A stretch of DNA of 26,457 bases from a virus (taxonomy: Duplodnaviria > Caudoviricetes): the IMG/VR virus record IMGVR_UViG_3300009507_000100, positions 1 to 26,457 of that record. The stretch is one strand, 5' to 3'. The translations under genes and the position numbers were made by a program. Under the pieces are notes generated by a model. It did no database searches, was not told where the DNA came from, and saw only the letters and a program-made list of their open reading frames with translations. Shown piece after piece: positions 12,301 to 19,596 of the stretch. Position 1 is the first letter of the stretch. Every line of letters begins with the position of its first letter.

Positions 12301-15300
12301 GAATATAGAGCAGCAAACAGGTATTTTGGCTCCAAAGTTGCAATAGTTCAAACTGGAAACTATTATACACTATTAGTTGGCAGTGACAGTGTCGTCTTGC
12401 CCGGCGACGATTCTACTGAAACAAGAACACACCCTGGTGCAATAGAAATATTCCGTCATGGTACTAAAGCAACCGATAGTTTCCAGGGTGAATACCAACT
12501 AACAGCATATGCAATCGGCGATATTGTAATATACAAAGACGATTATTACCTTTGTCGAAAAGCAACAACAACAGACCAAAATGTAATTGTTGATCCAATT
12601 TACTGGACTAAAATAAGTTGGAGCTACGGTAAAGATTCAAATTATCGTGGTGTATTTGATAACACGTATAGTTATAAAAAGGATAATATTGTTGCACAAG
12701 ATAACGCATTATGGAAAGCAGCAACTAACGTATCGGTTGATGCATTAATTCCAAGTACGTTAAACAATTCGTGGACAGAAATTACTACAGATGTCGACTA
12801 CTTAGGGTATTTGCCCAACTTAACTGCAAATGCGTTCTATGATGAGGATGTATTTGATCCTATTGAAAATATATTAGAATTTAGTAAGAGTTTTGATATT
12901 AGCGATGACGCACAAGTACTAGTTGTAACAAGTAAACAACACGAAGCAGCATTAGACAGCACAACAAATACAAAACTTGTAATCTATCGTGCAGTCGGTG
13001 ATCAATTTCAAGTAGATCAAATAATAACCGCACCTAATAATGTCACTGCTTGGGCAGATAAAGTTGCATTAAATCCAGAAGGCACACAGGTTGCAATTAG
13101 TTCAATGTTAGTAGATACTAACAAAATAAATCAAGGCGTTGTTTATGTTTATACACAAACCGCTGGTACTTTTGTACTAACACAAACACTGACACCTCCA
13201 CAAAATGAAGAAAGCGAAGGCTTTGGATTTGGACTGGATTTTGGAGCTGATAACTTAGTAGTATCCAGTCTAAACGGCGATCAAGTAATTCCAACTACGT
13301 TTGACGTTAGTGTGTATTCTAACATTGAAGATACTGCAACCACTTTTGATAGAGAGTTTACAAACTTTGCAAACGTAAAACTTGACAGGGGCGTTGTTTA
13401 TGTATACGAAGCAGTTAACAATAGTTTAATATATTCAGAGCAATTTGTTTATCCATTAACACAAACTACGTTTGGTGAGAATATTTATGCAAGCGGCAAC
13501 CACGTTTATATTGGTATGCCAGATCAGTTTAACGATAGTACTAAAGGCCAGATACTTGATTTTAGAAAAAATAAAAACACATTTGCATGGAACGTTGTTA
13601 GTGAAGGCATTGCACCAGTAGACGTAGATAATATCCGCGGCGCATTTTTATATAACAAGCGTGAAAACAGTATTGTAAGCTATATTGATTACATTGATCC
13701 TGTGCAAGGCAAAATTGCTGGACCAGCAGATCAAGAAATTACATTTAAAACACCATTTGACCCAGCAGTATACAATACTGGGAATACTTCAGATAGTTCA
13801 GTCGATCCTAACAGAGCATGGTGTGAAAAGCATGTTGGTCAAGTTTGGTGGAACATTTCGAGTGCTAAATTTACACATGCATACCAGGGCTCAACTACTT
13901 TCCAAAAAAATAACTGGAATAAATTAACACCTGGTGCAAGAATTGATGTATTTGAATGGGTTGAAAGTAACTTTATTCCAAGCATCTGGGACAGTGTTGC
14001 AGATACGCCCGACGGACTTGCTGCTACTATTAGCGGAGTAAGTTTATTTGGTGATGCTAGATATTCTACAAAAATTATATACGATGAAGTAAGCAAAACA
14101 TTTAGCAACAAGTATTACTTCTGGGTAGTTAATAAAGTAACTGTTCCTGTAATGGAAAATAGAAAACTTAGTATTCGTGATATTGCTGCATTAATTGAAA
14201 ATCCTCGGACACAAGGATATCCATTCTTGAGTTTATTATCCAGTAACAAATTTGTTCTTAACAATTTTGACACATTTGTTGACAATGATGACTTGGTGTT
14301 AAACATTAAATATTCAACTGGTCCTAAGAAAGTGCAAAACTTACACAGTCAATACAAGTTAATATCAGACGGCTTAAAAACAAGTAAGCCTGATCCAGAT
14401 ATTGAGCGTAAATGGTTTGACAGTCTAATAGGTTTTGACGACAACAATAGAATTGTGCCAGACCCAACAATAACTATTAAAAATCGTTATGGTGTACAAA
14501 ATCGTCCAAGACAAAGTATGTTTGCAAATAGATTTGAAGCACTGAAGCAGACAATTGAAAGAATAAATCTACAATTATCTAGTACTCTTATAGTTGATGA
14601 ATACGATATTTCTAAACTAACACAAAAAGACGATGCACCTACACTGATATCTCAAGAATACGATGTTGTAATCGATACCCTAGCAGAACTTACTTTTGTT
14701 AGTACAAATAAAACTAAGCCGGCAATATTAACACCTGTAGTTACTAATGGCAGGATTTCCAGAGTTATTATTACAGATGCAGGACGCGGCTACAAAATTA
14801 CTCCTAGTTTTAAAATTAATGGCCAAGGAACTGGAGCAGAGTTTGATGTAACTGTTAATAATCTCGGTCAAATCACAAGCGTGAACATTACTAACGCGGG
14901 CAGCGGATATGACAATGCAACTACAATAACTGTTAGACCGTTTACTGTATTAGTTAATGCTGATAATACTATACAGGATAAATGGGCATTGTATTCTTGG
15001 AATTCTATAGACAATGCTTGGTACAGAAGAAAGCTTCAAAGTTATAATGTAGATTTATACTGGGATTATGCAGATTGGTATGCTAGTGGGTTTAATCAAT
15101 TTACTAATATCAACGACACAATTAAAGGGTCGTATTTGCTACCTAGCTTAGATAACAATATAGGCAATGTTGTTAAGATTGAAAATGTAGGCAGCGGCGG
15201 CTGGTTATTGCTGCAAAAAGTAGATGCACAAGATAGTGAAGATTACACAGTTAACTATGATACTATTGGTAGACAGAATGGCACTATACAATTTAAAGAT

Positions 15301-18300
15301 ACATTATACGACTATTCAAAAAATACTGTAGGTTTTGATAACCGTAGTTTTGACAGCAATTTTTACGATAACAATCCTAGTGTTGAACTACGTATTATAT
15401 TAGAAACTATTAGAGATGAAATCTTTGTCGGAGACTTAGAAGTTGAATACAATCAGTTGTTTATGGCAGCACTTCGTTATGTAATGTCAGAACAACAATC
15501 AGTTGATTGGATGTTTAAAACTAGTTTTGTAAAAGCAAAACATAATAAAGAAACATTAAATCAACAAGATATAACATTTAATAATGATAATTTAGAAAAC
15601 TATCAAGATTTTGTTCAAGAGTTTAAGCCATATTCAACAAAAATAAGAGAATTTGTAAGTGAATATACAGCTATAGACCCAACTAATACTAGTATTAGTG
15701 ATTTTGATTTATCGCCAGTTTATAATAGTATAACCAACACGATTGATGCAAGCAGAGCAATTATTGTAGATAACGAAATACAAAAAGAAAACTTAGACAC
15801 AACTGCTTATCCACGTAAAAATTGGAAAGACAATCACGGATACCAAGTAACCGAAATACAATTAGGCGATAGCGGCAGTGGCTTCACTTTTGAACCAATT
15901 GTTACACTCCAAGGCGGCGGCGGATCTGGTGCAACAGCACAAGCATACTTAGGCTACGGAAAAATTACTAGTATTAAAGTGACTAATGCAGGCACTGGGT
16001 ATACTAGTGCTACAACTGTTTTTATTTCCGGATCACAATTAGAATCAGGAACACCTGCAAAAGCAACAGCAGTACTAGGCAATGGAGTTGTAAGAAGTTC
16101 AGCAGTTAAAATTAAGTTTGATAGAACAAGCGGAACATTTACATTTAGTACACTTGCAAAAACTGAAACATTCACCGGAACAGGATTTGAAAACAGGTTC
16201 TTCTTAGAGTGGCCAATGGATCTTAATACAAAAAAAGTAAGTGTATATGTAGATAATATACTACAGTTACGTAGTAAATACACATACGAAAACATTAAAA
16301 ATAATGACAAGTCGTATACTCGGGAGAACGGCAAATTAATATTTACAACTCCGCCTAAGTTAGATGCAGTAATACGTGTAGAATATAATTTGCCTCTAAG
16401 TATGCTAAGTGCAGAAGATAGAATTAAATTTGCATATGCTCCTGTTGCAGGAATGTATGGTAGCGAACTAGAACAACTAATGACCGGCATCGACTATGGC
16501 GGCGTAGAAGTAAGTAGCTTCAATTTTGACGGACCTGCAGGATTTGATACTGCTCCATGGTATACAGATAACTGGGACGAATTTGATAGCACATTTGAAG
16601 ATGAAATATTTATAGCAGACGGTAGTACGATTGCGGTACAGTTAAGTGCTCCGTTAGAAAGCGGTGTTGTTTATAACCTTTATAAGAACGGTGTGAGAAT
16701 TGACGATCCTAACTTTATTGCAGGCACTCCTACTAACGTAAATGCAATTACAAATAGTATTACAGGTGACGGTGTAACTGATATAGTTTACGTACAGGAT
16801 TTAGAAATAGCGTTGTTAGACGGTGATGTATTTGTTGTAAGAAAAACTACAAGTGACGGCGCAACAACACCTGACGCTACTAGTTATGATACTGCACTTA
16901 GTGGTGGCGACCTAGCTTACACATCAGCACGTGGTATTGCAGCAGAAGAAATCATTGTAGACGGTGATGGATTTGTTACTCCAACAACAAGTAGCGGCCC
17001 CGAAGAAATTGTTCCAGGACAAGTATTGGATACATTAGATATCAAAGTGTTCACACGAGACAGCGCAGGACAAGGTGTTATTAATAGTCAAAGTTATATT
17101 ATGGATAGTACACTTGTATACGACTTAGGGGTTACTCCAAATAGTAGTGATGCAGTTATTGTAAAAGTTGCTAATGTGATCTTACCGCAAACAGATTATA
17201 CAATTAATTGGGCTGCAAATACTGTAACACTTGATACAGCAATAGTAGGAGCAGAACTTAGTATTGTAACAGTTGCACAAGGCACACAAAATATATTAGA
17301 TTTTGGAAAGTTAATTGGAGATGGATCGACTACTGAATTCGAAACAATAGTTGATTGGGAAACCAGCGCAACTGTATATGTAAGTATTGACGGTGTGCAA
17401 CAAACAGTTGTAGCATTTAAATCTGAAACAACTTCTAAGACAGTTATTAGATTTGAAGAAGTAGTTGCATCAGGAGCAGTAATTAATTATACTGTATTCT
17501 CAGCAGATGAGCAAGTTAATTATAGTCAAATTACCAAAGACACATTTACTGGCAATGGCGCAGACACTGTATTTGTATTAGCAAATAGCCCATTGTATGC
17601 TATTCCAACTGAGCATAATATTCTAGTAAAGGTTAATAACAAAATACTAAATGCAGGATATAATATTCAGTATACAATTCCTGCAAATAGTCAAAGAGAA
17701 TTTCCATTAGAGATATTCCAAATGCCAGCAGGCAGTTTAGATGTCGCTGATATTAAAATATTTTTAAACGGTTCTGAAATTGTAACACCGACACAATGGC
17801 GTTTTGAAATTGCAAATAGTAGTATTATATTAGCAGACGAAGTAGGATCACCGGGCGATTTACTTGAAATGTATGTAATTACAGACGGAGACTATCAGCT
17901 TAACGGAACTACAATTACTTTAGACACTGCTCCAGTAGACGGCGCAGTAATAGAAGTAATTCAGTTTACTAATCATGATTTATTAGGCATTGAGCGTATT
18001 AATTATGATGTAGTAGAAAGAACTACTTTAATACCAGACGATATTGACTATGTTACATATCGTAGAACAACTGTAGGTGAAATTAAACTACGTAAACCTG
18101 CTGTTGATGCACAGTATGTATGGGTAAGTGTAAACGGTGAACTACTAACACCTAGTGTAGATTATTATATTACAGACGATAGAATGAAAGTGCAACTAGT
18201 TAGACAGCCAGCAGCAGATGATGTTATTGACATTATACACTTTACTGCTCCTGTTAGTAAGCCTAAGTTTGCATATAGGCAGTTTAAGGATATGCTTAAT

Positions 18301-18963
18301 AGAACACACTTTAAGCGTCTTGAAACATCTGCTTCTACACTTGCACAAACATTAAATTACTATGATTTAAGAATTGAGCTTGTAGACGGGTCTAGCCTAA
18401 GTGAACCAAACAAAGGACAAAACTTGCCAGGTGTAATCTTTATTGATGGCGAGCGTATTGAATACTTTGTTAAAGAAGAAAACACATTACGTCAACTTCG
18501 TAGAGGTACATTAGGTACTGGAGTTAAGGATACATATGCAATTAGTACTAAGGTTTTTGATCAGAACATAAGTAAAACTGTTCCATACAAAGATAGGACA
18601 CTGGCGCACAACACTACAGCAGACGGCGCTACAGCAACGTTTGAGATTGGCTACCCAGTAGCATCAATTAATGAGATTGAAGTGTTTGTGGGCGGTGTGC
18701 GTATGCGTAAGACAGCAATTGATGTGTTTAATCCTGTAACAGCATTGGATAGTCCAGAAGGCGATACTATTGTTGCAGCAGACTTTACTTTTGACGCAAA
18801 TACTAATACAATTACATTACTTGCAACACCAGAAAAGGATGTAAGAGTAACAGTAGTTAAAAAAGTAGGCCAAAGTTGGACAACTTTCGGAGAATCATTA
18901 GGTGATACAGAAAATTCAATTGCAAGATTCTTACGTGCAGCAACAACTGAGCTACCTGAATAA
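3373..18963 (+). CDS. Giant (5196 aa) multidomain virion structural protein, probably a gp7/P2-gpI-like baseplate wedge scaffold with many inserted modules
   Basis: Uninterrupted 15.6 kb ORF coupled to gp6 by a TAATG overlap, with GGAGG 12 nt upstream. It occupies the gp7 position after gp6 and has FYRGAIADKGT (K at aa 1935) and EFKPY (K at aa 4085) motifs reminiscent of gpI/gp7. It also has FG-GAP-like, CBM5/12-like, GxGY and beta-sandwich repeats. The CDS itself is certain; the gp7 assignment is inference. Confidence 0.8.
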   Translation: MAKNDQNESALPVPGQNNKITASDFLPKFFRTQANKKFLQGTLDQLIQPGVAEKINGYYGRTTAKAYKTTDNYVDDVTSDRTNYQLEPATVIKDNYDNVTFYKDYNDYMGQLGVFGANTANHSRLNSQETYAWNPNIDWDKFVNFREYYWMPNGPISIPVRGQSRDIVSTYTVTTEDQGDNIAYVFNDGLTRNPNLKLFRGQTYRFEIDTPGHPMAIAISRTFTPGTAILTAGSEGLRADGLFDAVLYGNEYDQGEYIVLPSGGSVTFAADDNVSTLYPDGIRKLGEEGEQVSIAYIEKGTIEFTIPLNAPDRLYYISKNAVDTSGLFRIYDIEENAFLNVQEEILGKKTYLSANGVELSNGMKIRFQGDVSPIEYDTNDWYVEGVGDKIKLIKDQDLIIPAAYSDNVQIAFDSDNFDTLPFSDASAYAADKDYIVVNRASPDRNAWSRYNRWHHKDVILKSFKYNNLPRDVNESSRANRPIIEFEAGLKLDNFGAYAKQDVDLIDTYTTDVFSIIEGQTGYNIDGINLADNMRILFTADTDVLVSGKIYQVKFIKIGNNRQISLIETTDSVPIDLETVLVTQGVKNAGKSYHYHGEKWTAAQEKTIRNQPPRFSVCDVNGNSYSDETYYGSTTFNGTKLFSYAVGEGVVDTELGFALDYKSINNSGDIVFDFNLLNDTFTYQTDTELLTQGISGGYLKKYTSLTNFSYVNGFSSTPTISKQYVVKEYAATDVQVNGFEIDVYNNSSSISDLKVVVFVNNKLKLINTDYTIDKTNTNAVITFTKDLIANDVIKIKTDSKTIKNSNGYYEFPYNLERNPLNDDVNQFTLGEVIDHVDSMLEDIPGYAGNYLGSSNLRDLGDLDKFGKRFVKHSGPINLPLFHVTNKDYNIVKALKYSKKEYSRFKKTFLDTANTMGYDGPVKTHVDLILREINADKIKSQPFYFSDMLATGASNKIEYKVLDSRVTDYPITDNFNLTTLSTKSLMVYLNGQQLTNIKDYNFNQTGYISISAGQVENDVIEIHEYETTDGSFVAPTPTKLGLYPKYYPELTIDDAVLAAEPDNTGPFKVYGEDSATSTRGWFYPVYTTKSAAGLGALSKSYTFTGMNKLFYIPTTDATLAGNDNIEIDEYPIGVAFIRGHDGSYIKAYKDFRDELLLELEKRIFNNIKAEYSTDRLDINAFVGGEFRTNEFTKTEIDNTLLGDFQQWLQQNLNNTSYTENTFYNRNNNWTFNYANTTSPDGNTNPGFWRGLYVTAFDTDRPHSHPWEMLGLTTKPSWWNTVYGPAPYTGDNLVLWRDLEAGRIADPENTRINLKYARPGLTSFIPVDSTGKLLSPLDSKYAKDFQIASATQNFKFGDQAPIENAWRKSSEYPFAVLTAMLLNKPAKTMGLGFDISRISKNLANQWTNVDTNSPIVIKDLKLPNTFQSATRTNTSGLVNYIYNLVASDILTVYDGYVNDLARITNQIGIKIAGFTSKEKFNLILDSRSPVQSTTQGGIFVPQENYQVFLNTSSPAELVVYSGIIIEKTELGYIVRGYNLEKPYFEYYEPFNGSSASTVTVGGISEKAILWDNNKSYISGEVLLHNNAYYRVITSFTSSRTFDTDNIVKLPALPLTGGRVAQFKKNFVTTETKTLQYGSRLDTAQDVVDFILGYSVRQQEIGFSFENVIEGSNEVENWNQAAKQFLFWTTQGWANSSLIAISPGANLLEFKKDYYIVDNIKDDFYGYNIFKADGLFLDSEFNSLLRDQNNFGIETIGTKEGLYHIALPLVQKEHVVLIDNTTDFNDAIYNPSTGYRQERIKVNGYRSDNWNGGLNIPGFVYDDASFTDWEQWKDYSIGDIVKYKQYYYVATINVTGSQNFNSNNWYQLNEKPVSQLMTNFDYRVTQFTDFYDLDSDSFDNEQQKMAQHLIGYQKRQYLANIINDDVSQFKFYRGAIADKGTMNVFTKLFDALGNTADNLEFYEEWAIQVGRYGAVDDVQQVEYNLKQDKMQESPQAVELVSTLPATNFDKIYRILPNEVYDRPADYAHAPLPTKSLTNEYIRTSGYANEDDVDFIVNSFLDLSAIDSNQIRLGATIWVTDTDNKSWTIQQLVHANINAINVDTLITEVSNNNLRLVEITLDKWANGILDVGDYIGIRNAQAYSTNGLYEIDSINLNTVRIRVPLDNEIADFEEEKFAVSILRTVRVDDVAGINNATAQDIYNKQKLWIDTYNNEWAVLENNPVYLNSQEIINPSEYDSTDQGFSNSVAVTKNNTNLFVSSANDLNGKISVYRRTREQSNLLLDQEITLDDADRWKENTNYTVGIKIVYTINSIPRYYTSAVQHISSESFESDLASSKWTLTNSPAELFDITNADFGRSIAVSPDGEYLIAGIPQASNVKTRLAYKTDADTGLDTFDFQPDATYTKNDIVRYRESLWKANREILPEIANQPFSTFDTYVNLVAAADSDSTTLNLLVAGDSGLNNNNITHLLVRAPKDMYIGTSAGDTANLFWNRRSYAYPTLDAYLPFDGTIPEITPEWISQDHTINEKIDHVLFIETFVSLPIVGSIVTTDTGSATVAYVGTRRDSAVVYLKETNGVFAITGELFINELDFVGFYTEESTYATSEAIGGYWMISAPSYSNNGTYYDAGRGLVYADIRANIDTDLVTPGIQLRSLNNYYNIQDTVGAIGVFVTEKNRASYIEQLSYRGDPSDADAQDGSERDLPSNKWIARVGKTFSDTLTIGQTQEFRLYNLDNRIIDVAGAGFTYDILNKQQTIVDLWDGYIDFTLTEFDFLGFAFQPQIGDVVEDIQIPNNGQGGLALTSITTSSAEVMYLKRNFNTVRIYLKVLTGDWLEQSNIGRFQIRRKANVSLRGVADADRTIGTVTDINNSIVLGNSLIGKLVVFSNNIVFDAGPTAGTPNFPIATTPTIVDEEYWFFAETSEAGIQRLPNPPFSLNKDYTQIYNIPAEKTGIGSNLSNEGAVAIYRRLNDGTYRLQHTFASEYRAANRYFGSKVAIVQTGNYYTLLVGSDSVVLPGDDSTETRTHPGAIEIFRHGTKATDSFQGEYQLTAYAIGDIVIYKDDYYLCRKATTTDQNVIVDPIYWTKISWSYGKDSNYRGVFDNTYSYKKDNIVAQDNALWKAATNVSVDALIPSTLNNSWTEITTDVDYLGYLPNLTANAFYDEDVFDPIENILEFSKSFDISDDAQVLVVTSKQHEAALDSTTNTKLVIYRAVGDQFQVDQIITAPNNVTAWADKVALNPEGTQVAISSMLVDTNKINQGVVYVYTQTAGTFVLTQTLTPPQNEESEGFGFGLDFGADNLVVSSLNGDQVIPTTFDVSVYSNIEDTATTFDREFTNFANVKLDRGVVYVYEAVNNSLIYSEQFVYPLTQTTFGENIYASGNHVYIGMPDQFNDSTKGQILDFRKNKNTFAWNVVSEGIAPVDVDNIRGAFLYNKRENSIVSYIDYIDPVQGKIAGPADQEITFKTPFDPAVYNTGNTSDSSVDPNRAWCEKHVGQVWWNISSAKFTHAYQGSTTFQKNNWNKLTPGARIDVFEWVESNFIPSIWDSVADTPDGLAATISGVSLFGDARYSTKIIYDEVSKTFSNKYYFWVVNKVTVPVMENRKLSIRDIAALIENPRTQGYPFLSLLSSNKFVLNNFDTFVDNDDLVLNIKYSTGPKKVQNLHSQYKLISDGLKTSKPDPDIERKWFDSLIGFDDNNRIVPDPTITIKNRYGVQNRPRQSMFANRFEALKQTIERINLQLSSTLIVDEYDISKLTQKDDAPTLISQEYDVVIDTLAELTFVSTNKTKPAILTPVVTNGRISRVIITDAGRGYKITPSFKINGQGTGAEFDVTVNNLGQITSVNITNAGSGYDNATTITVRPFTVLVNADNTIQDKWALYSWNSIDNAWYRRKLQSYNVDLYWDYADWYASGFNQFTNINDTIKGSYLLPSLDNNIGNVVKIENVGSGGWLLLQKVDAQDSEDYTVNYDTIGRQNGTIQFKDTLYDYSKNTVGFDNRSFDSNFYDNNPSVELRIILETIRDEIFVGDLEVEYNQLFMAALRYVMSEQQSVDWMFKTSFVKAKHNKETLNQQDITFNNDNLENYQDFVQEFKPYSTKIREFVSEYTAIDPTNTSISDFDLSPVYNSITNTIDASRAIIVDNEIQKENLDTTAYPRKNWKDNHGYQVTEIQLGDSGSGFTFEPIVTLQGGGGSGATAQAYLGYGKITSIKVTNAGTGYTSATTVFISGSQLESGTPAKATAVLGNGVVRSSAVKIKFDRTSGTFTFSTLAKTETFTGTGFENRFFLEWPMDLNTKKVSVYVDNILQLRSKYTYENIKNNDKSYTRENGKLIFTTPPKLDAVIRVEYNLPLSMLSAEDRIKFAYAPVAGMYGSELEQLMTGIDYGGVEVSSFNFDGPAGFDTAPWYTDNWDEFDSTFEDEIFIADGSTIAVQLSAPLESGVVYNLYKNGVRIDDPNFIAGTPTNVNAITNSITGDGVTDIVYVQDLEIALLDGDVFVVRKTTSDGATTPDATSYDTALSGGDLAYTSARGIAAEEIIVDGDGFVTPTTSSGPEEIVPGQVLDTLDIKVFTRDSAGQGVINSQSYIMDSTLVYDLGVTPNSSDAVIVKVANVILPQTDYTINWAANTVTLDTAIVGAELSIVTVAQGTQNILDFGKLIGDGSTTEFETIVDWETSATVYVSIDGVQQTVVAFKSETTSKTVIRFEEVVASGAVINYTVFSADEQVNYSQITKDTFTGNGADTVFVLANSPLYAIPTEHNILVKVNNKILNAGYNIQYTIPANSQREFPLEIFQMPAGSLDVADIKIFLNGSEIVTPTQWRFEIANSSIILADEVGSPGDLLEMYVITDGDYQLNGTTITLDTAPVDGAVIEVIQFTNHDLLGIERINYDVVERTTLIPDDIDYVTYRRTTVGEIKLRKPAVDAQYVWVSVNGELLTPSVDYYITDDRMKVQLVRQPAADDVIDIIHFTAPVSKPKFAYRQFKDMLNRTHFKRLETSASTLAQTLNYYDLRIELVDGSSLSEPNKGQNLPGVIFIDGERIEYFVKEENTLRQLRRGTLGTGVKDTYAISTKVFDQNISKTVPYKDRTLAHNTTADGATATFEIGYPVASINEIEVFVGGVRMRKTAIDVFNPVTALDSPEGDTIVAADFTFDANTNTITLLATPEKDVRVTVVKKVGQSWTTFGESLGDTENSIARFLRAATTELPE

Positions 18964-18966
18964 ATA
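18959..18966 (+). promoter_or_regulatory. T4-type (gp55 sigma) late promoter-like box AATAAATA, overlapping the stop codon of the giant gene
   Basis: 7/8 match to the T4 late consensus TATAAATA, ending 17 nt before ATG 18984. The same ATAAATA core recurs in two other intergenic gaps. Confidence 0.65.
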
Positions 18967-18983
18967 CAGTATAGGAAAAATAA

Positions 18984-19586
18984 ATGAGCGATAATATGCA
19001 AGACACAAACGGAGTATTAGTTCAGGGACACATCAAAATATTTGACCCTGAATCACAAAAGGTATACATTGACAAGCGCAATGCAATTCACTATGAAAAT
19101 ATGAGTATTGCACTTGCTGAAAGTTTGTCTAATGCAGGTGCAGGCTTTATATATGAAATGAGCTTTGGCAACGGCGGCACAAGCGTTGATCCAACAGGTA
19201 TTATTACGTATCTAACACCTAACAGCACAGGAACAAATGCAAGTCTATACAACCAAACCTATACTAAGGTTGTTGATGACAGAAGTGTAAACAACACTGA
19301 TCCTGCAAGAAATAAACTAGAAACTAGGCATGTAAGCGGCACAAACTATACTGATATTGTTGTAAGTTGTTTGCTAGACTATGGCGAGCCTAATGGACAG
19401 GACGCATTTGATACTGCAAGTGCAACAGACAGTCCTTATGTATTTGATGAACTTGGATTGCGTAGTTATAGTTCTTCTGGAACAGGCAGATTAATTACAC
19501 ACGTTATTTTTCATCCAGTACAAAAATCACTTAACAGATTAATCCAAATTGATTATACTGTTCGTGTCCAAAGTTTAGCAGGTTAA
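18984..19586 (+). CDS. Putative baseplate/tail-fibre attachment protein (standalone, resembles the DUF3751/P2-gpH N-terminal type fold)
   Basis: AGGA RBS at 18973-18976. Motifs MSFGNGG...LYNQTY...LDYGEPNG...FDELGL...GRLITHVIFHPVQKS...IDYTVRV follow the GxGG...ExGL...L.....F.P..K pattern of that family. It lies between the wedge genes and the fibres. Confidence 0.6.
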   Translation: MSDNMQDTNGVLVQGHIKIFDPESQKVYIDKRNAIHYENMSIALAESLSNAGAGFIYEMSFGNGGTSVDPTGIITYLTPNSTGTNASLYNQTYTKVVDDRSVNNTDPARNKLETRHVSGTNYTDIVVSCLLDYGEPNGQDAFDTASATDSPYVFDELGLRSYSSSGTGRLITHVIFHPVQKSLNRLIQIDYTVRVQSLAG

Positions 19587-19590
19587 GGAG
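19585..19590 (+). promoter_or_regulatory. Shine-Dalgarno AAGGAG for 19597
   Basis: ggttAAGGAGtagaatATG; 6-nt spacing, overlapping the upstream stop. Confidence 0.75.
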
Positions 19591-19596
19591 TAGAAT

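Noticed and set aside
3373-18963. Intein, intron or tape-measure explanation for the giant ORF
   Set aside because: No intein N-terminal C...HN junction or LAGLIDADG/HNH motif was recognised and the frame is unbroken. The composition is beta-rich and aromatic, not the Ala/Leu helical pattern of tape measures.
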